Below the pieces are notes generated by a model. That model searched no databases, was not told the DNA's origin, and saw nothing but the letters and a program-made list of their open reading frames with translations. Made by a program: the position numbers and the translations under genes. This document shows, one piece after another, positions 28,785-36,274 of a stretch of DNA of 64,000 nucleotides (position 1 is its first letter; every line of letters starts with the position of its first letter). The stretch lies in the IMG/VR virus record IMGVR_UViG_3300036766_000194, positions 235,876-299,875 of that record; one strand, written 5' to 3'.

Positions 28785-31001
28785 GTGGCAATCGCACTCG
28801 TACAATCTAAGGCTGGTGGGAGTAGTAGTGATGTACCAAACTCTACAACTTCAACTGCTGTGGGATATACTTCTAACACAACAGCGGGGGACCTTCTTGT
28901 ATTGGTAGCTATAGCTGCTGCTGATGGCACGAATTGTAGTATAAGTACTCCTGTTACCAGCGGATTTACTTGGACATTAGCGTCTAGCTCAACATTCTCA
29001 GACTCTACCTTACCCCAAAGAGGTAGAGTTTCAACTTACTACATAGCAAATGCCTCAGCTATGTCTAGTGCTACAACCACAACCGTGGCGGCTAGTACTA
29101 CGGGAATAGCTGCGACCTTTATTGATGTAGCTTTCACTCTATATGAGTTTTCTGGTGTTGCTATCCCTCAAATCGCAACCTTCAGCTATGTTCAAGGAGG
29201 AGCTACTTCTACAGCATACCCCACGACGACAACAACCTATACTTTTGCTAGTTCCGTTACTAGTGGAAACACGATCCTTGTTGGTATATGCGTTTTTGAT
29301 CAAGCAATTTCAACAATCACAGATAATCATTCCAATACTTATAACCTAGTCACGTCTATTGTCAACGGGGGGTTTACAGAATACTTTTATTATGCTAATG
29401 TTGGGACAACAGCCAGTACCACTATAACGGTTACAATGACTGGTTCGGTGACTAATTGCTGGGCAGGTATGAACTGTCATGAAGTCTCTGGATTAGCTAC
29501 CAGTCCTGTGAATGTATCTAATAAAAGTACAGGGTCTGTTTCTGGGGGTTCTTTTAGTACAGGTAGCGTTACCACAACAAATGCCAATGATATTATCTTC
29601 AGTCATGCTGCTACTTACGCTTCTACCAAACCTGCTTCGTATACCGCAGGCACGGATGTTATTTTCTCGGGAGCGGGAGCAACACAGGAAACAAAGTCTT
29701 GTTATTTACAGGTTAGTTCAACAGGAGTTTATAATCCTACTTGGACATCTACAGGGGCTTCTTACTTAGGCGTTACAGTTGCTTTACAGCTAGCAACTTT
29801 GACTAGTGCTGTTGATGTTTCTTCAACGGGTTCCAACAGCACAGCAACCCCCACAACTATAGGAGCAGGTTCCTTAACAACAACTGCTTCTGATTTAATT
29901 TTAGTGGGTATGACAGCAGAGTCTACTGCAGGCACAGCTGGTTCGGGGTATACGTTAGGTGTTTCTCAACCCCTAGATGTAGGAAGAACACAATATATTC
30001 TAAATCAAGCTGCTGGATCTATTGCTACAGCCTTCGGTAATACGGCAGCATATTGGGCTGCTAACGCGGTAGCGTTTAAATCAGGTGCAGTTAGCGGGAA
30101 CGCTTCTCCCTCTGGAGTCTCCATGACTTCAGTCCAGAATGCTCCTACCGTTAGTGTCAGCGTTAACGCTTCGCCTTCTGGTGTCTCTATGACATCGGTA
30201 GAAAACGCTCCTACCATATTAGGTATCAACAATGTTTCTCCCTCCGGGGTGAGTGCGACATCGGCGCAAAATGCGCCTACTCCCGCTGGTGCTGGGAACG
30301 CTTCTCCCTCTGGAGTAGCCATGACATCGGCAATTGGAACTGCCATAGTAGCTTCTCAAGGAAATGCGGCGGCTCTTTTTAATGGAGTAAATGTTCTATC
30401 TTCTGTAGGTACTTCTATTCCCACAGGAACTGCTAACGCATTTCCAAATGGGGTTAGTCTAGCTTCTTCTACAGGGACAGTTACTCTAAGTGTGTCGGTA
30501 CCCAGCTACCCATATGAATATCTACACCAATATATACGAGCTTCTACATTAATTCAACCTTTTGATAATGAGAGTTTCTTTCATCCTACAACTACTGGGC
30601 ATACAGGATTCGCTTTTGATGGAATTCACTATACGAGCGGGGTTAAGGGTAATGTGTATGCTTCTTGGTACTCCGAACCTTTTAGTTCCTACCGAGGGTC
30701 TACCCAGAATTTTCCTACTTCTGCTATAGTTCTTCTTTCAGACGTAGCTCTGACTATCATGGATGAAACAGCTCCAAATCTTCCTCTTTGGATGCAGTTC
30801 TTAATTCAAGATAACTTTATGATGGGAAACAACATAACAAGTGGTTTAATAGGGTTTACCCCAACTTACTTGACATATTCTAATGGAGTTCTGTCCGTGA
30901 TTGCTATCCCGGATTCAGGGTCTACAATGACCACTAATTTGGTGATAACTTTTGACTTTGTAACGGATTCAGGATATGCCTATTTATCAGTAACACCTTA
31001 A
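28785..31001 (+). CDS. fibre/adhesin-like virion protein with nested modules and short repeats
   Basis: GTG start after AGGAGG; Ser/Thr/Ala-rich; ASPSGVSMTS..NAPT repeats at about 30090-30490. Confidence 0.75.
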   Translation: MAIALVQSKAGGSSSDVPNSTTSTAVGYTSNTTAGDLLVLVAIAAADGTNCSISTPVTSGFTWTLASSSTFSDSTLPQRGRVSTYYIANASAMSSATTTTVAASTTGIAATFIDVAFTLYEFSGVAIPQIATFSYVQGGATSTAYPTTTTTYTFASSVTSGNTILVGICVFDQAISTITDNHSNTYNLVTSIVNGGFTEYFYYANVGTTASTTITVTMTGSVTNCWAGMNCHEVSGLATSPVNVSNKSTGSVSGGSFSTGSVTTTNANDIIFSHAATYASTKPASYTAGTDVIFSGAGATQETKSCYLQVSSTGVYNPTWTSTGASYLGVTVALQLATLTSAVDVSSTGSNSTATPTTIGAGSLTTTASDLILVGMTAESTAGTAGSGYTLGVSQPLDVGRTQYILNQAAGSIATAFGNTAAYWAANAVAFKSGAVSGNASPSGVSMTSVQNAPTVSVSVNASPSGVSMTSVENAPTILGINNVSPSGVSATSAQNAPTPAGAGNASPSGVAMTSAIGTAIVASQGNAAALFNGVNVLSSVGTSIPTGTANAFPNGVSLASSTGTVTLSVSVPSYPYEYLHQYIRASTLIQPFDNESFFHPTTTGHTGFAFDGIHYTSGVKGNVYASWYSEPFSSYRGSTQNFPTSAIVLLSDVALTIMDETAPNLPLWMQFLIQDNFMMGNNITSGLIGFTPTYLTYSNGVLSVIAIPDSGSTMTTNLVITFDFVTDSGYAYLSVTP

Positions 31002-31011
31002 AGGAGAAACT

Positions 31012-31431
31012 ATGAACTACGATCAGAATGATTTACACAGCGTTGCTCTTTGCGTTTGGAAAGAAGCTAGAGGAGAAGGTAATGACGGTATGCGAGCGGT
31101 CATGCATGTTATCGTTAACCGTGTCGGACATCCGGGTTTTGCTCATGATTTACACAGAGTTGTGTACGGGAAGAATCAGTTTACCAGCATGAGTGTTCCG
31201 AGCGATCCAGAATTTAATCTACAGCCCAAAGATGGGGATATTCAATTTGCTTACTGTCAGGGATTAATTGAACCTGTATTAAATGGTTCCGACTCTGACC
31301 TTACAAACGGCGCTCACTATTATGCCAACTTGAAGTATTCAACAAGTGGTTGGTTCTTTAATCACATAGTGAAAGACACCGTTAATCATCCTCTAACCGT
31401 GACTATAGGTCATCAAAATTTCTATGTCTAA
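31012..31431 (+). CDS. SleB-like cell wall hydrolase (Hydrolase_2)
   Basis: VWKEARGEG..GM.AV..VI.NRV...VVY.KNQFT...DLTNGAHYY. Confidence 0.85.
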   Translation: MNYDQNDLHSVALCVWKEARGEGNDGMRAVMHVIVNRVGHPGFAHDLHRVVYGKNQFTSMSVPSDPEFNLQPKDGDIQFAYCQGLIEPVLNGSDSDLTNGAHYYANLKYSTSGWFFNHIVKDTVNHPLTVTIGHQNFYV

Positions 31432-31706
31432 ATAGGAACTATGTCTGGGACGCGTGAGGGTTCTCCCGGATCGGGTTCTATAGAAATAGCAACATTCTGG
31501 GGATTAAGAGTATCCATCTTAACTTTCCCGAGTTGACTAAAGTCAATCTTGGGAGCGTTTTTTATGCGGTTCCACAATTCAGAACCCGCTAGAAGTTCAT
31601 CTGTATCCAAACCTTTACCACAATGAGCCTGGAACACAAATAGAAGATATTCGTAAAGTTTCTCAGGTAACAATATAATTCTAACATCTTGTTCTGTAGA
31701 AGCCAT
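31428..31706 (-). CDS. hypothetical protein
   Basis: ORF follows rlpA; its stop overlaps the convergent SleB stop. Confidence 0.6.
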   Translation of the reverse strand: MASTEQDVRIILLPEKLYEYLLFVFQAHCGKGLDTDELLAGSELWNRIKNAPKIDFSQLGKVKMDTLNPQNVAISIEPDPGEPSRVPDIVPI

Positions 31707-31711
31707 GTTTA

Positions 31712-32170
31712 TTAAATACTCCCAAACTCAACCAAATTATTATTTAACTCAGCTTGTTCTGTTTCGACTCGATAAATGGGCTGTATGAGGACCTTAGTAG
31801 TTCCTGTTATTAAGAAATCTAGTTGACTGGCGGCTGCTTCAGAAAGGTCAATGATACGATTTAATCTAGAGGAAGGTCCCCGGTCTGTCACCGTAACTAT
31901 AATTTCTTTACCATTATCTAGATTTTTAACTCTCACCTTAGTTCCAAAGGGTAAAAACCAACAAGCCGCCGTCAGTTGATGACGATCAAACCGTTCCCCG
32001 TTTGCCATTTTTCTACCCTGATGATGTTTTCCGTACCATGACGCAGTTCCGACATATCGTGCTTTTACCGGAGTTATATTTTGCGCCTTATGTTTGTGAG
32101 TTGCCGCAGACATTAGTGATGTCCACAACAGACCTACCGTAAGCAGTGTCGCTTGAAGTTTTATCTGCAT
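31712..32170 (-). CDS. rlpA: RlpA-family (DPBB) lytic transglycosylase with signal peptide
   Basis: GTASWYG..HQGRKMANGERFD..LTAA...LPFGTKVRV.NL.NGK..V.VTDRGP...RIIDLS.AAA. Confidence 0.9.
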   Translation of the reverse strand: MQIKLQATLLTVGLLWTSLMSAATHKHKAQNITPVKARYVGTASWYGKHHQGRKMANGERFDRHQLTAACWFLPFGTKVRVKNLDNGKEIIVTVTDRGPSSRLNRIIDLSEAAASQLDFLITGTTKVLIQPIYRVETEQAELNNNLVEFGSI

Positions 32171-32187
32171 GTGTTTCTCCTTAGTTT

Positions 32188-32308
32188 GTAGTTTTCTCCC
32201 AAAGTTTGGGGCTTACTTCCTATTGTTTCCCTCCTATAAAACACGAAAGGCGCTAGACCCTTTAACTTACTGGATCTAATCGCCTTATCGTTCAAGACTG
32301 TAAACTAC
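32188..32308 (-). promoter_or_regulatory. candidate structured 5' leader of rlpA
   Basis: About 18-bp interrupted hairpin (32243-32291), a CCCAAA/TTTGGG inverted repeat and an enclosing GTAGTTT/AAACTAC pairing next to the RBS. Confidence 0.4.
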
Positions 32309-32332
32309 TACCTTATATCCTATAGTAGGTTT

Positions 32333-32563
32333 TTACTCTGCGGTAGGTGCTGGGTCCTCAACAGGTGTAACAGGTTGAATCTCTATGAATGAATGTAGAT
32401 CTTGTGAAATGCCATATTTGCTAGGATCCAATCCATGTTGCTTTAGAACCTGAAGTAAATAAGATCTAACATTTTCATTCGCCTGTTCACGAGCAATAAG
32501 CAAATTGCGCAAAATATCGGTTTCATAGGACTGCAAGAACTGTAATACGGATGTCGTTGACAT
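32333..32563 (-). CDS. hypothetical protein
   Basis: GGAGG RBS. Confidence 0.6.
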   Translation of the reverse strand: MSTTSVLQFLQSYETDILRNLLIAREQANENVRSYLLQVLKQHGLDPSKYGISQDLHSFIEIQPVTPVEDPAPTAE

Positions 32564-32588
32564 TTATTCCTCCATAGTTCTAATACTG

Positions 32589-32810
32589 TTACAATGTTAT
32601 GGTTGATGGAAACTGACCAGACAAATCTTCTGGCTGCGGAGGTAACTGCGCGAGCATCAACCCCGCCACGAAAACCACTTTCTCAGCATCCGTCATACTG
32701 GCTGCGGCACTCGCCCAGAAACTGACGGTGACCGCTACCCCATCTACGGTTCCTTTTACAGTCACTTGATCGTCCAGTTTGGTTATGGATTCCTGTGTGT
32801 ATGTATGCAT
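32589..32810 (-). CDS. small protein, possible fibre chaperone
   Basis: TAATG-coupled to the upstream fibre gene. Confidence 0.55.
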   Translation of the reverse strand: MHTYTQESITKLDDQVTVKGTVDGVAVTVSFWASAAASMTDAEKVVFVAGLMLAQLPPQPEDLSGQFPSTITL

Positions 32811-34522
32811 TACTCCTCGGTTCCTATAGTAATGGCGTTGACCTGACCCGTTGCCAAAGCGCCGTTGCCAAAGTTATCTGCTACAGCCAGAGCGCCTTGA
32901 GTAGCAGTGAATGCCGCACCACGCAAAACAAAGCTACTTGTTGGCTGCGAAGTCAGGGATGCTGCTGTAGCAAAGAAACTCAAAATCAAATCTCCCGCTG
33001 TTCCCGGCGTATAATTTCCAGAGGCTGGAGCGGTGCTATTCCCTGTCGCGCTGACGAGAGCAGCATCGATCCCACCTGTACCCATACCAGAATATTCCAG
33101 ATAAATAAATTCTATCTGGCTGGCGAGATTGACCGATGTTGTGAGGGTGACGGTATTTGTTGCCAGGCCTGTTACGTTTGTACAGTAAGCGATTCCTAGG
33201 GAGCTGCCGTAGGTGCCATCCGTAGCATTTGTAGTTAGGGCGGAGGTTGTGTAAGTGTTCGCTGCTGTATCTGTTACCACCACTGTTGGAGCACCGCCTA
33301 CCGTATTCGTCGTGCGGAAGATGACATAGACAGCATTACCTTTGACCGTCTGTAGTACTGCAGCACCTATAGACGCAACAGAGGATGTTATCGCCCACGT
33401 AAGCTGCTGCACCAGTTTGAAATTTCCTGTGGCGTTATTCGTCTTAAAACCAATTGTCGCTGCCTCCCATTGGTTTGCGGCAATCGTCCACGTGGGATTG
33501 ACTGCTGCGGTTGTTTGGGGAACTTGAATCCCCGCTATCAGTGAAGCGCCAGCGGATGTTAGAAGCTGCCCGTTCCCTAAGTCTACCCAATCTGATTCCC
33601 AAAGCTGACCAGATGTAGCTAATACTGAGGCAGGGAGGACTACTCGGTGGGTATATCCAAATCCAGGATAACTCAATGCAGCAGAATTAGCTGTCCCTAA
33701 CGCCTGGGAGAAAGCCAAATTGACTGGCAGAGGTCCTCCGGTAATTGTGGCGTCTTCTGATATTTCAAACTTGTACTTCATCAAACGAACTTTCTTCGTT
33801 GATGGCGGAGTCCAAACTACGTTAGCTCCTCCACTGAATTGATTACCGCGCCAGATACTCGGGGTGCGCTTACGGTCCCAGGTGACTCCGTTGAAAGCGG
33901 CTGGAGCTACTCCATAATATGCTTGAACACCGTTGCTGGCGACGGAACTTTGCGCACTTTGTGCATCTGCGGAAACTACGTTACCTAGAGGAGATACAGG
34001 AATTATATCACCTACTGCAAATCCAGCGGAGTAAACACCGCTTCCAGTGACAGTCAATTCCATTGGAGTATTGCTAGTATTAAAGGAAATTTGAAACACT
34101 GCTGTCTGAGCAGTTGATCCGTTGATGAAGACTATTCTCCAATATCTTTTCCTTAGACGGCAGGCTTGAGAAGTAGCAGTGTTGGGGGTAGAGGCATACA
34201 TCTGTGCCATGATGGCTTGAGTTCGAGTATTTGTTGTGTCATCTGTGCCGTATATCAGGAAACCACCCGATGTGGCCCCCTGATCCGCAAACACAGTAGC
34301 GTAAACATGAGTATCTCCCGTGATATTGGTGTCATACCACGGACCCGTATAAGTAGCATTTGCTCCTAAGAGAGTTGGGTTGAGAACAACAGTATTTCTA
34401 CGGAAAAGAGGCTTAACAACAGGAGCAATTTCACTACCCGTGGCGGGAATACCCGTAGCGGGAGGCGCGGAGACGGCGGTGCCGCCCCATTGTTGGATGT
34501 TGTCAGACGATGCTATAGGCAT
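32810..34522 (-). CDS. fibre/decoration protein (570 aa)
   Basis: N.QQWGGTAV and FNGVTWDR.R motifs of phage fibre proteins; C-terminal shared module. Confidence 0.7.
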   Translation of the reverse strand: MPIASSDNIQQWGGTAVSAPPATGIPATGSEIAPVVKPLFRRNTVVLNPTLLGANATYTGPWYDTNITGDTHVYATVFADQGATSGGFLIYGTDDTTNTRTQAIMAQMYASTPNTATSQACRLRKRYWRIVFINGSTAQTAVFQISFNTSNTPMELTVTGSGVYSAGFAVGDIIPVSPLGNVVSADAQSAQSSVASNGVQAYYGVAPAAFNGVTWDRKRTPSIWRGNQFSGGANVVWTPPSTKKVRLMKYKFEISEDATITGGPLPVNLAFSQALGTANSAALSYPGFGYTHRVVLPASVLATSGQLWESDWVDLGNGQLLTSAGASLIAGIQVPQTTAAVNPTWTIAANQWEAATIGFKTNNATGNFKLVQQLTWAITSSVASIGAAVLQTVKGNAVYVIFRTTNTVGGAPTVVVTDTAANTYTTSALTTNATDGTYGSSLGIAYCTNVTGLATNTVTLTTSVNLASQIEFIYLEYSGMGTGGIDAALVSATGNSTAPASGNYTPGTAGDLILSFFATAASLTSQPTSSFVLRGAAFTATQGALAVADNFGNGALATGQVNAITIGTEE

Positions 34523-34533
34523 TTACTATTCCT

Positions 34534-35214
34534 TTATAGCGGAACTTCTTCCCAGAGCAATGAAGTGGACGCAGACAAGGCGACTGGGTTGTTAGTTGTT
34601 GCCAATAGGGCTAGAACTCCACCGGGGGGTATGATTATAGCACCATTTATGTCATCTATAGCAACTGCCGGAGCAGGAGGAGCGCCTACAGCAGTGCCAA
34701 CAAAGGAGGTGTTATATGGTGTCCCACCAAACAAAGCGGAGCCTTCCATAACAACTAGGTTATTCGTAAGACCAGTCAAGGCGATGTTTGATAAGCCCTT
34801 ACATTGAGAACCCGTCTGTATTAAAGTCTTGCGATTGAAAGGCAAAGTGCCAGTTGAGATAACCCCGTTTCCTGTAGACACACACCAAGAGAAACTTGTT
34901 CCAGTAGCAGTCAGTGAGGACATGATAATAGCAAGTCTCGCCTGTAAGATTACCGCGTTAATGGTTGAGGATGACGGGTTCCATATACCTAGAATCGGTG
35001 TTGCTGTTGCGCCTAGAGTTGCGGTAGAGTACGTGGCGGCAGCGGTTGTGAACGGAGTTCCAACACCACTAGAGTACATGTTACCATTGTAAGTTTGCTC
35101 ATAAAACTTACCATGTAGCTCACTTATGATTACGTCGCCAAGGTTTCCACCTCGCATAGGTATGTTGGAACCCTTACTTACTTGTTGTTGACCAACCTGT
35201 GTTTGTACTAACAT
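34534..35214 (-). CDS. virion structural protein
   Basis: R.G..GD.I.SELHGKFYEQ...IIIPPGG...WEEVP pattern; operon context. Confidence 0.65.
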   Translation of the reverse strand: MLVQTQVGQQQVSKGSNIPMRGGNLGDVIISELHGKFYEQTYNGNMYSSGVGTPFTTAAATYSTATLGATATPILGIWNPSSSTINAVILQARLAIIMSSLTATGTSFSWCVSTGNGVISTGTLPFNRKTLIQTGSQCKGLSNIALTGLTNNLVVMEGSALFGGTPYNTSFVGTAVGAPPAPAVAIDDINGAIIIPPGGVLALLATTNNPVALSASTSLLWEEVPL

Positions 35215-35255
35215 ATTTTGTTTCTCCTAGTATTGGAACTAAAAGTCAAGAAAAC

Positions 35256-35969
35256 TTAATTTTGGAGACCAATTTCAGGTGTTGCCTCAGCAGTGTTTTG
35301 AGGATCAAAGTCCGATGCTCTTGCTTGTCCCGTTTCTTCCGCAAAGATAGCAAACATTCTTCTCATTGCTCTTACTTCTGCTAGAATCTGCATCAGTATA
35401 TCCTGTTGTGTTACATCAGACTCAGAGACTTTTAAACTAGTAAGCAAATTTCCAGAAGCGTCCACATGTAAATTTTGAAGAAGATTCGTAGGATCTTGAG
35501 CACCAATAAGAACCGGATTAATTGGAACAGCAGGAGAACCTACAGCGGTTACGTTTGTACCTGGCACATAAACGCCCTGAACAAACGGATCCGCCCAAAC
35601 AGCTTCGGTATTTCCCGGTTGAGAAATTAGAAGTTGCCCCTCATGAACGGGAAGATTTCCTGAAACGTTTATGGTCCCTATTTGATTCGCGTTTATAACA
35701 CCTGTTCCAGAATAAGAAAATATGGAACTATTTCCCACGGTTAAAACTTGATTTGTATTCGTTCCTGTGGTTACAGCACTAAAACTCGCAGATCCACCAC
35801 CCCCAGGAATGACTGAAGGATCAAGCTGTCCAGTAGGTCCTAGATAGGGGTATGAACCCGCAGAAGTAACCCCACTAGAAGTTAAGACTCCTGCTACGTC
35901 CTGTTCAAAATAGAGAAGAGAACTGGTATCTAGAACAAATTGGCGAACTTTAATAGAGGGTTTTGCCAT
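35256..35969 (-). CDS. virion structural protein with C-terminal coiled coil
   Basis: Operon context; NPVLIG...LHVDASGNL...ILAEVRAMR. Confidence 0.6.
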   Translation of the reverse strand: MAKPSIKVRQFVLDTSSLLYFEQDVAGVLTSSGVTSAGSYPYLGPTGQLDPSVIPGGGGSASFSAVTTGTNTNQVLTVGNSSIFSYSGTGVINANQIGTINVSGNLPVHEGQLLISQPGNTEAVWADPFVQGVYVPGTNVTAVGSPAVPINPVLIGAQDPTNLLQNLHVDASGNLLTSLKVSESDVTQQDILMQILAEVRAMRRMFAIFAEETGQARASDFDPQNTAEATPEIGLQN

Positions 35970-35970
35970 G

Positions 35971-36234
35971 TTATACGAATATCGCGTCTATGTCTGCTAT
36001 GAACGCTATAGCATCGGACCCTTTAAGAATCAAATCAGGGTCTTTATCCAACCTACTAGTGTCAAACCATAGCCACACATAATTCTGTGACGAAGTTTGA
36101 GCATTACGAATGATCTTCATCTTTTTAACAGAAGCAAGGTTGAGTATCTCATCTTGAATGACAACATTCGTAGAGTCTAGGACTTGATGACGCCAAAATG
36201 CGGTGTTAACACTAGCCGCTGGTTGGAAGGGCAT
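35971..36234 (-). CDS. hypothetical protein
   Basis: GAGGAG RBS. Confidence 0.6.
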   Translation of the reverse strand: MPFQPAASVNTAFWRHQVLDSTNVVIQDEILNLASVKKMKIIRNAQTSSQNYVWLWFDTSRLDKDPDLILKGSDAIAFIADIDAIFV

Positions 36235-36274
36235 ACGCAGACTCCTCTCTATTTGAAAACGAGAAGTCTACAAA

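Noticed and set aside
28187-31431. Invertase-driven tail-fibre shufflon
   Set aside because: No recombinase or flanking inverted repeats were seen, and the shared modules are diverged at the DNA level.
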